A stretch of DNA of 21,111 nt from Methanocellales archaeon (lineage in GTDB: Archaea; Halobacteriota; JAWCLZ01), in contig JAWCMA010000021.1 of NCBI GenBank assembly GCA_038850285.1, forward strand, positions 1 through 21,111, given 5' to 3'. Under the pieces are notes generated by a model. The model saw only the letters and a list, made by a program, of their open reading frames with translations, had not been told where the DNA came from and searched no databases. Positions 1 through 8,355 of the stretch are shown one piece after another; within the stretch, counting starts at the first letter, position 1; the number at the start of each line of letters is the position of its first letter. The position numbers and the translations under genes are program-made.

Positions 1-61
1 TAAAAAACTCATCGATTGGTCATAAAAGTTAGCAGAAAAGCAAATGACACAGGCTACAAAA

Positions 62-1399
62 CTATCCTATAGCGCGCATCATAAAGCCAAGGCGCTTCAA
101 CTCTTCAGGATCAACAACTTGCCTCCCATCTACTATAATTCTCCGGCGCATATTCTTGCCGATGGCTCCCCAATCTAGGTTTTTAAATGCAGTGTGATCA
201 CTAGCTATAATAATTCCATCTAAATCTTGAGCCATACTTGGAGAGCAATAAGCTGCATATAACTCTACTTCTCCCCTGCTCAACATTGGGTCAAAAGCAT
301 AGACATTCACACCTCTCTCTCGCAAAAGCTTGATTATCTCAAGAGCTGGGCTATATCTAGTTTCTTTCGCATCGCCTCGAAAAGTTAATCCCAGTACTAA
401 TATATTGCTATCCTCAAGCTTCCCATTTGAACTAGCAAGAGCACTCTCAAGCAGTTTAACAGTAACCCTAGGCATTGAATCATTGATTTGCCTAGCTAGT
501 TTAATTAAACTAGTATCAGCCTTGGATGTGTGGATAATGAAATAGGGATAAACAGGGATACAGTGCCCTCCAACCCCACATCCAGGTTTATGCAGATGGC
601 AATAAGGCTGAGTATTAGCTGCTTCAAATACCTCTAAAGCACTAATCCCAAGTTCCTCGCAAACACCATATAGTTCATTGGCAAGAGCAATATTCACATC
701 TCGATAAATCCCCTCGAATACCTTCACAGCTTCAGCTGCTCTAGCGCTGCTCAGCTCTATAACACCTCGTTTATTAATCGCAGAATAGAGATAAGCCGCT
801 GCCTTGGTACTCGCTTTATCCACGCCGCCCACTATCTTAGGATAAGCACGCGTGATATCGCGAATAGCAGTGCCTGACATAGTTCTCTCAGGAGCATGAG
901 CAAGCCCAAAATCCCCTAGCTTCAAACCCGAGGATTCTAGAATTGGTAGGATTACTTCCTCGGTGGTTTTAGGGGGAGCAGTGCTCTCCAGTATAACTAG
1001 ATCTCCCTTCTTCAAGCCCCTGGCAATTGCCTCGCAAACCTTTTTAACTGCAGTTAAATCTGGATTGCGCTCTCCATCAATTAAAATGGGAACGATGATT
1101 ATCATAACATCCGATTCCTTAGCCGCTGAAATGAGATCCATAGTTGCAGTTAATCTTTTCGCTTGAACATTTCTCCTCACTAGCTTAGCTAGCCCTGGCT
1201 CATAGAAGCTGCATTCCCCGCGATTTACACTCTCTACAACTTTGGAATCAATGTCGACACCAATTACTCTAGCACCTGCATCCGCAAAAACAGCAGCAAG
1301 CGGCAGCCCCATTTTGCCAAGACCGTAAATTGCAATTGTAACCTTACCCCTTCGCAGGCCATCGATAATCTTGCCTTTACTTGATTTATAAATCTTCAT
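62..1399 (-). CDS. Nucleotide-sugar dehydrogenase (UDP-N-acetyl-D-mannosamine/UDP-GlcNAc 6-dehydrogenase, WecC/WbpA-like)
   Basis: 445 aa; Rossmann motif IYGLGKMGLPLA, ILESTAPP, HAPER, and catalytic Cys motif GCGVGGHCIP; C-terminal VLGLTFRGD...RYSP. The exact sugar substrate cannot be read from the sequence. Confidence 0.9.
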   Translation of the reverse strand: MKIYKSSKGKIIDGLRRGKVTIAIYGLGKMGLPLAAVFADAGARVIGVDIDSKVVESVNRGECSFYEPGLAKLVRRNVQAKRLTATMDLISAAKESDVMIIIVPILIDGERNPDLTAVKKVCEAIARGLKKGDLVILESTAPPKTTEEVILPILESSGLKLGDFGLAHAPERTMSGTAIRDITRAYPKIVGGVDKASTKAAAYLYSAINKRGVIELSSARAAEAVKVFEGIYRDVNIALANELYGVCEELGISALEVFEAANTQPYCHLHKPGCGVGGHCIPVYPYFIIHTSKADTSLIKLARQINDSMPRVTVKLLESALASSNGKLEDSNILVLGLTFRGDAKETRYSPALEIIKLLRERGVNVYAFDPMLSRGEVELYAAYCSPSMAQDLDGIIIASDHTAFKNLDWGAIGKNMRRRIIVDGRQVVDPEELKRLGFMMRAIG

Positions 1400-1517
1400 A
1401 TTAGATCATATTTATTCTCATTCCTTTTATATTTTTTATTCAAATTTCAAATCAAATATCAAGCGAAAACATCATTATGAAAATAGTTTTAAGTTGGGGA
1501 TTGCGATTTCCATTTTC

Positions 1518-1584
1518 AAGGAAAAACGCATCAATTCGGAAGGAAAAATTGCATCAAAGAATATATAATGCAAATTGCATTTAA
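1518..1584 (+). promoter_or_regulatory. Putative promoter of the TSUP gene with repeated motifs
   Basis: AATATATAA TATA-like box at 1560-1568, ~25 nt before ATG 1593. Direct repeats AAGGAAAAACGCATCAA (1518-1534) and AAGGAAAAATTGCATCAA (1540-1557). Palindrome AATGCAA-A-TTGCATT (1567-1581). Confidence 0.45.
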
Positions 1585-1592
1585 TTGGAATC

Positions 1593-2400
1593 ATGGATCT
1601 CTCGCTACTTATCGCTCTATTCTTAATTGCATTTATAGCTGGCATACTAGGTGCAATGCTTGGCCTTGGAGGAGGCTTCTTTGTTATTCCAGTGCTCACG
1701 CTCGCGCTAAATATTCCCATTCACCTCGCTATTGGTGCAAGTATAATTGGCGTTATTGCAACTTCCTCAGCCGCTGCCACTGTTTATGTTCAAGAACAAT
1801 TGGTGAATGTCAAGCTAGCTATGATTCTTGAAACGGCGACTACAGTTGGGGGTATAATTGGGGCTTTCATAGCTGTTTATTTAAACCAACGAGTGCTATC
1901 TCTCATCTTCGCTTTATTCATGATCTATGCTGCCTATTCCATGCTCTCTCAACCTGAAAAGAAGCACATTAATATCGCGAGAAGAGGCTTGAGGGGGAGG
2001 TACTATGATAAACCTTGGCTGCGAGGTAGAGTATTGCGCTACTGCGATTGAACGAGGGCTTGCAGCTAGCTTTCTAGCTGGCAATTTCTCAGGTATGCTG
2101 GGCGTAGGGGGAGGCTTGATCAAAGTTCCCACGATGCATCTCTGGATGAATGTACCGATGAAGGTAGCAACTGCTACTAGTAATTTTATGATTGGAGTTA
2201 CAGCAGCTGCCAGCGCTTATATCTACTACTCCCATGGCTATTTGGATACAATTATAACTGCTATAGTTGCAATTGGCATCTTCCTAGGCGCAGCTTTAGG
2301 CTCAAGATTTGCCTCAAACATAGAAAGCAAGAGTCTCAGGAGAGCCTTCGCTTGTGTTTTAATACTCATCGCAGTTAGCATGCTCAAAGGAGTAATATGA
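1593..2400 (+). pseudogene. Sulfite exporter TauE/SafE (TSUP) family membrane protein, split by a frameshift near 2008-2014
   Basis: The first frame has the TSUP repeat AGILGAMLGLGGGFFVIP...AIGAS; the second has AGNFSGMLGVGGGLIKVP...ATATS. The halves join as GRYYD(K)-LGCEVEY if one base is removed at GATAAACCTT. Likely start is ATG 1593 (MDLSLL), not the 1575 TTG. Could be a true pseudogene or an assembly indel. Confidence 0.85.
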
Positions 2401-2670
2401 ATGATTGATCAAGATCAAAACAAGCTGCTTTCAAGAGTGTTATTGCTTGGCGTATTATTAAGCGTTGGCCTAATGAGCTTAGGTCTATCTATCTATTTCT
2501 TTGGCTATGATTCTCTAGTTATTAATCTTGGAATTCTCATGCTCATTGCGACCCCAATTTTAAGAGTGCTAGCTGCTCTTGCTACCTTTGCAATCAATGG
2601 CGAGAAATTCTACGTCTTCATCTCCACCCTTGTCTTTAGCATATTGCTAGTTAGTTTTCTAATTGCCTGA
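2401..2670 (+). CDS. DUF1634-family small membrane protein
   Basis: 89 aa, three hydrophobic segments, signature LGILMLIATPILRV. It starts immediately after the TSUP stop; this pairing is common. Confidence 0.8.
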   Translation: MIDQDQNKLLSRVLLLGVLLSVGLMSLGLSIYFFGYDSLVINLGILMLIATPILRVLAALATFAINGEKFYVFISTLVFSILLVSFLIA

Positions 2671-2671
2671 A

Positions 2672-2687
2672 GTTTAAGCGCTTAAAC
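2672..2687. repeat. Perfect 16-bp palindrome between convergent genes
   Basis: GTTTAAGCGCTTAAAC is its own reverse complement and begins 2 nt after the DUF1634 stop. Confidence 0.7.
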
Positions 2688-2821
2688 GCTTGATTGAATA
2701 TTGAAAATAGATCAAGCAGATCGAATTGTAATGGTTTTAAGCATTAGTACTTTTAAGCTAGGATTCTGAATCGCCGAACAAGTAGATGTTAAATTAAATC
2801 GAATAGGCTTTAATTTCATTC

Positions 2822-3034
2822 TTAATTTCCAATTTCAATTATTTTCCTTCTTGATCTTAAACCTGCCACGATTTTAACCTGCGTTGAAGGCACCTTAAAA
2901 TATTTTGCAAGCTTCTTAATAAGTTCCAAGTTAGCTTTTCCCTTTTCGGGCTGAGAAGTTAATCCAACAATTATTTTGTTTCTCTCTACTTTAACAAAGT
3001 CTTCGTGAAATTTAACTTCAACTTCATACCTCAA
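2822..3034 (-). CDS. DUF167 / UPF0235 (YggU-like) protein
   Basis: 70 aa with PEKGKANLELIKKLAKYFKVP..QVKIVAGLRSRRK, the YggU family signature; TTG start. Confidence 0.88.
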   Translation of the reverse strand: MRYEVEVKFHEDFVKVERNKIIVGLTSQPEKGKANLELIKKLAKYFKVPSTQVKIVAGLRSRRKIIEIGN

Positions 3035-3048
3035 CTAGATCCGCTCAC

Positions 3049-3339
3049 TCAAATTTTCGCTAAAAACTTTATCGTTCTCATGCTCCTTGAAGTAACATAA
3101 ACTTTTTCCTTAAAACGCTTGGAGAGAGCTTTTTCAAGCCTCTTGCTGACCTCAGCGTAATGGATTTTCCTCTTCTCAAAGACTATGTTATCGGTCTTAA
3201 CAATCCCTAAAATCTTTAAATCACCTTTTTCCACGCTCTTACATATCTTGAGCATATCATCCTTATTTACTCTCCTAATTTTGTAAATGTTAATTCCCCT
3301 AACAAAAGCAACACCTTTCTGCCAACTCAACTCCACCAC
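3049..3339 (-). CDS. DUF1697-family protein (N-terminal domain only)
   Basis: VAFVRGINI...DNIVF...LEKALSKRF..V.VTSRS resembles the DUF1697 start (ALLRGINV...GNVVF). Only 96 aa; start codon uncertain (GTG/TTG). Confidence 0.65.
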   Translation of the reverse strand: MVELSWQKGVAFVRGINIYKIRRVNKDDMLKICKSVEKGDLKILGIVKTDNIVFEKRKIHYAEVSKRLEKALSKRFKEKVYVTSRSMRTIKFLAKI

Positions 3340-3384
3340 CCATAATAGTTAAAGGTGGAGGTAAAGGAAAAAATTTATCATTTA

Positions 3385-4131
3385 TCATATAAATCTCAAT
3401 CCTCCGAGTTCTTGGAAGTCCAAGCAGCCTAAGTCTGGGCTTATTCCCATTACCCTTAGTCTTTCTACATCGATTTCCCTTAAAATTGGGGAGAGGAGCT
3501 CTTGAGGTGGAATGAGATTAACCTCGCTTCCCATTGCTAATGTGGAGAAAGCTGGTAATACAGCTATCTTCTTACTCACGCCTGCATATTCACAATCTCC
3601 ATAGAGCAAGCAACTCAACTTCTCTCTACTGCCCACTTCATCGTAGAGTGTAATCGCAGGGTGCTCGTGTGCAATGATTAAATATTTCGCTTTTAGAGCA
3701 AGTGGAGTTCTATGGCCATGTAGAAAATGATAGTCTCCCAGTTCAAATTCTTCATAGAGTTTAACTCCAAAGCGATTTGCAACGCGAGCTATATAATTAT
3801 CGTGATTGCCTTTAATCAATATAACTTCTTCACACTTATTTTTCAAAAAAGCTAGCGTATCTCTCACTTCTTTAAATTCATGATAACTTGTCTCTGAGAA
3901 CTCATGCTTTATATCCCCGTTGATTATCACCCTCCTAGCTTTCCTCTTCTCAAAGATCTCAAGCAGCATCCCCATTTCTCTTTTAAACTGCGTCTTGGGA
4001 ATGAAAATGCCTTTTTCAGCCATTATCCCTTCATAGCCGAGGTGGAGATCTGCAATTACAATTGCCTCTAGATCTTCAATATAAATCGCTGGATAGGACT
4101 CGATTATTTCAATCCCGCTATAGATCTTCAT
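3385..4131 (-). CDS. Metallophosphoesterase (calcineurin-like, MPE/ICC-type, Lhr-associated)
   Basis: Motifs IADLHLG, INGDIKH, KGNHD, LHGH, AHEHP, LPAF. The true start is most likely ATG 4131 (MKIYSGIE); the 18 extra residues in the ORF track are translated IS hairpin. Confidence 0.9.
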   Translation of the reverse strand: MKIYSGIEIIESYPAIYIEDLEAIVIADLHLGYEGIMAEKGIFIPKTQFKREMGMLLEIFEKRKARRVIINGDIKHEFSETSYHEFKEVRDTLAFLKNKCEEVILIKGNHDNYIARVANRFGVKLYEEFELGDYHFLHGHRTPLALKAKYLIIAHEHPAITLYDEVGSREKLSCLLYGDCEYAGVSKKIAVLPAFSTLAMGSEVNLIPPQELLSPILREIDVERLRVMGISPDLGCLDFQELGGLRFI

Positions 4132-4136
4132 CTTAG

Positions 4137-4442
4137 TTGGGCAAGGAGACCCCATCCGAAGGCATGGGGAGAATTGCCCATACACCTCATTACTTTCAAG
4201 CTGCTATTCAAAGTTATTACCATTTGGACAAATATATGATTATGGTTATGCAGAGGACTCTTAAGCTTAAATTCAAAGTCAGGGGGGAGATAGAATTAAG
4301 CTGCTTAGAACTATCGAGCAATACAACCTCGCAGCCAACTACAATGCAAAATGGGGATTTGAAAAATAAAAGGGGGCAAGCGCGGGAATAACGAATCCCA
4401 TGATTCCAAATTCAGTTACAAGCCCCTCGGGAAGGAGTTGAC
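4137..4442 (+). mobile_element. Internally deleted, non-autonomous IS200/IS605-family (tnpB/IS1341-like) element
   Basis: Left subterminal hairpin TGGGCAA..CCCCAT-CCGAAGG-C-ATGGGG..TTGCCCA (4138-4180), preceded by TTAG. It contains a tnpB-like 5' fragment. The right end CAGTTACAAGCCCC...AGTTGAC (4413-4442) resembles IS605-family right ends with a collapsed hairpin. Removing 4137-4442 leaves lhr TGA-CTAAG-ATG MPE. No target duplication, as expected for this family. Confidence 0.7.
4248..4369 (+). pseudogene. tnpB: 5' fragment of TnpB (IS605 OrfB-type RNA-guided endonuclease)
   Basis: MQRTLKLKFKVRG, then a frameshift at the G6 run 4282-4287, then DRIKLLRTIEQYNLAANYNAKWGFEK*. This matches the usual TnpB N-terminus (RTxKLKL...LLxTxEQYxxAxNY...GFENK). 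The RuvC and zinc-finger regions are absent. Confidence 0.7.
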
Positions 4443-7100
4443 TCAAGCTTTTACACCTATTTTCTTCATAACTGCATTATATAACTCGAGCAATCGCTGC
4501 TTTCTATCCTCCATTAAAATTATATCAGCTTCTCCTAAAATAATTAAATTATGAGCAAAGGGGGAGGGTATATCTGTCTCAATTACCTCAAAGCTAAGCC
4601 CGCGATTTCTAAGCCAGTTCAATACTTCCTCGGCTTTTTCCAAATCCATTGTATCTTGCAATATCTCGCGATAGGTCTCCTGCACCACTGGGAAATTCGA
4701 ATCAATTTCCTCGCAAATATTAAGTAGTGTTTGAGAGCTAAGCTGCTGCTTGCTCACACTTATCTTATGCCCTTTGTAGTTGCGTAGTATTAAGAAACTT
4801 CTAGCAGCGCAGTGTCTAAAACGCCGCTTCATAAGCTCAGTTCTACGTATATTCTGCTTCAAAAGTGATTCAATATCACTCTGAAGCAGCGTGTTAATAA
4901 CCTCTTCTATGTTAACCCTCTTTGCTTTCTCCCTGGGAATTAATAATGCAAAGCCATTGTCGCTAACGATTGCTGCAAGCGTGCTTTGAATTTGATCCGA
5001 GGTTATTATTGCAATTGCTCTAGCGAGGGCGTCGTTCACCCTTCTACCATATAAAGCGTGGAATACTATAAAGTGCCTTCCAGCTAAATCCACTGTTTTC
5101 TCAATTAAAATTTTATCTCTACCTGGAATTTTTCCCTTGGTAAATAGATATTGCTCTTTGAAGTATTCATATATAGAGCTAGCAGCATATTTATCAACTG
5201 GGTAGTTATCCAATAGAAATTTCACCACCTCAGCTTGCCTCACACCTCTACCTAGCATTGCCTTCATTTGTTCTCTAAAGCTTTGAATCTCAAGCGCGAG
5301 GTCAAAGCTAAGGGGTAATAATTCAGAGAACCAAGCTGGAATAGTAGGCAGGGCCTCCATAGGCGCGTCTTCTACATAGCAGCGCATTCCACGGGCGAAT
5401 TTAAATTCATAGAGCTTTCCCCCCAGCACGAAGATATCCCTCGGTTTTAGGCGCTCCAGAAAGCCTTCTTCAATCCCACCTAAGTAGCGCTTATCGCTAT
5501 AGCGATGAACATCGATTTTCACCTCATCTGGAATGGTGCCTAGATTCAAATAATATATAACTCTAGTGTACTTCCCTCTTCTACCAAATACCTCCTCTTG
5601 CTCCTCAAACCAGATTTTGCCATAAACCCTTCTATCCTCTAAATCAGCATAGTGACCCGCGAGGAACTTCAAAAGGGCAATGAAATCCTGTTTATTTAAA
5701 TCGCGATAGCAATAGCTGCGCCTTATGACTCGAAGGGCTTCCTCCACCCTCCATTTCTTAGTCAATGCCATTCCAACGATATGCTGAGCAAGTACATCTA
5801 AGCAATTCTTGGGAATTTTAACTCTATCCAATCTACGCTCTCTAGCGCATTTAAGCATGATGGTGCATTCAATTAAATCATCGCGATCTAAAACAATTAT
5901 TCTCCCCTTAGCAGTGTCCTTAAATCTATGGCCACTTCTCCCAATTCGCTGCACCGCCCGAGTAACACTCTTAGGGGAGCCAATTTGCACCACTAAATCT
6001 ATATATCCAATGTCTATGCCTAGCTCCAGCGAAGTTGAGCATACCACAGCTTTTAACAAGCCTTTCTTAAGTTTATCTTCGATATCTAAGCGAATTTCCC
6101 TAGAGAGCGAGCCGTGATGCGCACCAATCGTGGTATCGCTATATTTCTCTCGCCATTTATGCTTCAAGTGATATACCACGCGCTCAGTCCCACTTCTCGT
6201 GTTGGTAAATATAAGCGTGGTTCGATGCTTGCTTATAAGTTGATCGAGTAAATTATATAAAGCGGCATTAGCTTGCTCAGTAGTGCTTCTAACTATATCC
6301 TTCAAAGGCGAGAGTACTTTTAAATCAAAAGGCTTATACCAACTTACATCCACGATTTTGCAGCTGCGCAGCTTCTCATCTCCATCTCCATCTCCATCTT
6401 CATCCTCATAGCCCACTAAGAACTTAGCAGCCTCCTCAAGGGGGTGAAGCGTGGCCCCCAAGCCAATTCTAATGAAATCCCTACCTATGAGTTCTCTCAA
6501 GCGCTCCAGTGAAAGGCTAAGGTGCACTCCTCTTTTATTACTCGCTAGCTCGTGGATCTCATCCACTATTACCCATTTCACGGTTTTCAAATTCTCATTA
6601 AACCTAGGTGCATTCAATAGCACAGCTAAGCTCTCAGGCGTGGTTATAAGTATATGGGGAGGAAGCTTAAGTTGCTTCTGCTTCTCATCTGGAGTTACAT
6701 CGCCAGTGCGCACTCCTACTCTAACCTCAGGCAGAGTTCTGCCCATTTCCCTTGCTATTTCTCTGATCTCCGTTAGAGGAATGAGTAGATTTTTTCTAAC
6801 ATCATTATCCAGAGCTTTAAGCGGGGAGATATAGATGCAGTAAACTCCATCTCGAAGCTCGTTTTTTTCCCCTAGTTTAAATAGCTCATTTAAAATCACC
6901 ATGAAACCAGCTAAGGTTTTACCAGAGCCAGTGGGCGCGGTTACAATTGTATTTATACCCTTGGAAATGAGCTTGAAGGAGAACTGCTGAGGTGGCGTTA
7001 GCTCCTCGAAGTTTTTTTCAAACCAAGTTCTAACATAGCTCTCCAAGCAGCTAAGGCTCTCTTCCCGGCTGAATGGCTCCCTTGCAAAGCTTATTGACAT
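4443..7100 (-). CDS. lhr: ATP-dependent helicase Lhr (Lhr-Core, archaeal)
   Basis: 885 aa SF2 helicase: APTGSGKT, ISPLKAL, TTPESL, VDEIH, HHGSL, TSLELGIDIG, QRIGRSGH; winged-helix region (LDVLAQH) and C-terminal PSPFA. Confidence 0.95.
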   Translation of the reverse strand: MSISFAREPFSREESLSCLESYVRTWFEKNFEELTPPQQFSFKLISKGINTIVTAPTGSGKTLAGFMVILNELFKLGEKNELRDGVYCIYISPLKALDNDVRKNLLIPLTEIREIAREMGRTLPEVRVGVRTGDVTPDEKQKQLKLPPHILITTPESLAVLLNAPRFNENLKTVKWVIVDEIHELASNKRGVHLSLSLERLRELIGRDFIRIGLGATLHPLEEAAKFLVGYEDEDGDGDGDEKLRSCKIVDVSWYKPFDLKVLSPLKDIVRSTTEQANAALYNLLDQLISKHRTTLIFTNTRSGTERVVYHLKHKWREKYSDTTIGAHHGSLSREIRLDIEDKLKKGLLKAVVCSTSLELGIDIGYIDLVVQIGSPKSVTRAVQRIGRSGHRFKDTAKGRIIVLDRDDLIECTIMLKCARERRLDRVKIPKNCLDVLAQHIVGMALTKKWRVEEALRVIRRSYCYRDLNKQDFIALLKFLAGHYADLEDRRVYGKIWFEEQEEVFGRRGKYTRVIYYLNLGTIPDEVKIDVHRYSDKRYLGGIEEGFLERLKPRDIFVLGGKLYEFKFARGMRCYVEDAPMEALPTIPAWFSELLPLSFDLALEIQSFREQMKAMLGRGVRQAEVVKFLLDNYPVDKYAASSIYEYFKEQYLFTKGKIPGRDKILIEKTVDLAGRHFIVFHALYGRRVNDALARAIAIITSDQIQSTLAAIVSDNGFALLIPREKAKRVNIEEVINTLLQSDIESLLKQNIRRTELMKRRFRHCAARSFLILRNYKGHKISVSKQQLSSQTLLNICEEIDSNFPVVQETYREILQDTMDLEKAEEVLNWLRNRGLSFEVIETDIPSPFAHNLIILGEADIILMEDRKQRLLELYNAVMKKIGVKA
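6377..6409 (-). repeat. In-frame hexamer repeat within lhr encoding EDEDGDGDGDE
   Basis: CATCTC x3 followed by degenerate CATCTT, CATCCT on the + strand. Confidence 0.75.
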
Positions 7101-7359
7101 TAATTTAATATTAAATGCAAAGGGAAATAATTTTTTATATAAGGATACGTTCCATTTTTGCTAGAGGTTTTGAAGGTCTGCGACTTGGAACGACTATAGG
7201 AGTTTTCTCCCTGGCAAAGCTTTTTCAGAGGGCTTGAACGCATAGTCAAATAAATGAATAAGAATACTAGTTCGAATTCATCTTTATCTTATTTTCCCTA
7301 TATTTTGCTGAGGTTAATATCTATTGCTATAGATTTTTCCAAAGTTGTTCCCTTAGAGC

Positions 7360-8337
7360 TTAATCTGTGATTCCATCTGCACTTACCGTAAATACAGCTT
7401 CTCCTTCAGGTAGGTATGGTGAATCTACTAAGCGCGCGATGCGCTTCTCTCCTTTGGATTTACGCAGATATAACCTAAAGGTAGCTGTATGCCCTACGAT
7501 GTGGCCACCTATTGGCCTAGTTGGATCGCCGAAAAAGGTATCTGGTTTCGCCATGACTTGATTGGTAACTATAACCGCAGCATTGTTTATATCTGCGAAT
7601 CTCATTAAATCGTGCATGTGTTTATTGAGCTTCTGCTGCCTGTCTGCAAGAGTTCCTCTGCCTACATATTCAGCTCGGAAATGCGCGGTTAAAGAATCAA
7701 CCACTATAAGTTTAACAGGTTTATCGCTATCCCGCAGTTTATCCGCCAACTCAGCAGCTGAATCCACGAGCAGGATTTGATGATTGGAGTTATAAGCTCG
7801 AGCAACGTGGATATTCCTCAAAAAGTCCTCAGGGGAATAGGCTCCTTTGAATTTCCTATTAATTCCATTCACCATTTGAGCAATTCGCTCGGGCCTGAAT
7901 GTATTCTCAGTATCAATCATTATAGCTGAGCCATTTAAACCACCTCTTTCAGGTGGAAGCTGAACATTTACTGCAAGTTGATGCGAGACTTGAGTTTTAC
8001 CCGACCCAAATTCTCCATAGAGCTCAGTGATTGCTTGAGTTTCAATCCCCCCGCCAAGCAATGCATCGAGGGCGCTGCATCCAGTGGTTAGCTTTCCAAC
8101 GCTTTTCCTGCGTTCAAAAACCTTGTCACCCGTTTCAAAGCCACCTATATCCGCTGCCTGTCTCGCAGCTAGAATTATCTTAGCAGCAACAGCTTCGCCA
8201 ACTTCAGCCGAAATCGCAAGCTCCTGAGGAGAAGCTACTGCGATTGCTTCGATTGTAGTAAAACCAGCCTCTCTCAATTTCTCAGCAGTTGCCACGCCAA
8301 CGCCAGGCAAATCTTCTATTGAAATTCTCTCACCCAT
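7360..8337 (-). CDS. radA: DNA repair and recombination protein RadA
   Basis: N-terminal HhH (IEDLPGVG), polymerisation motif GGFETG, Walker A GEFGSGKT, Walker [24 protein letters not shown]. No intein. Likely start ATG 8337 (GTG 8352 is an alternative). Confidence 0.97.
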   Translation of the reverse strand: MGERISIEDLPGVGVATAEKLREAGFTTIEAIAVASPQELAISAEVGEAVAAKIILAARQAADIGGFETGDKVFERRKSVGKLTTGCSALDALLGGGIETQAITELYGEFGSGKTQVSHQLAVNVQLPPERGGLNGSAIMIDTENTFRPERIAQMVNGINRKFKGAYSPEDFLRNIHVARAYNSNHQILLVDSAAELADKLRDSDKPVKLIVVDSLTAHFRAEYVGRGTLADRQQKLNKHMHDLMRFADINNAAVIVTNQVMAKPDTFFGDPTRPIGGHIVGHTATFRLYLRKSKGEKRIARLVDSPYLPEGEAVFTVSADGITD

Positions 8338-8355
8338 ATCCCATCGCTCCACATT

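Noticed and set aside
2398-2403. In-frame TGA-ATG between TSUP and DUF1634 as stop-codon readthrough or fusion
   Set aside because: Both proteins are complete on their own and a GGAG SD precedes the ATG; this is ordinary coupling.
4138-4180. Hairpin with purine-rich internal loop as an archaeal SECIS or riboswitch
   Set aside because: There is no upstream + strand gene with a plausible in-frame Sec UGA. The context (tnpB fragment, right end) explains it better as an IS605-type left end.
4137-4391. 84-aa + strand ORF as a real gene
   Set aside because: It is a chimera of the IS hairpin, the promoter, 13 codons of tnpB and out-of-frame sequence.
7100-7243. 47-codon minus-strand ORF (MRSSPLKK...) ending in a TAATG overlap with lhr
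   Set aside because: No recognisable motif or SD, and it runs through the AT-rich likely lhr promoter; probably chance.
7360-8337. Intein in RadA (or Lhr), both common intein hosts
   Set aside because: Lengths and motif spacing are continuous; no insertion at the Walker A regions.
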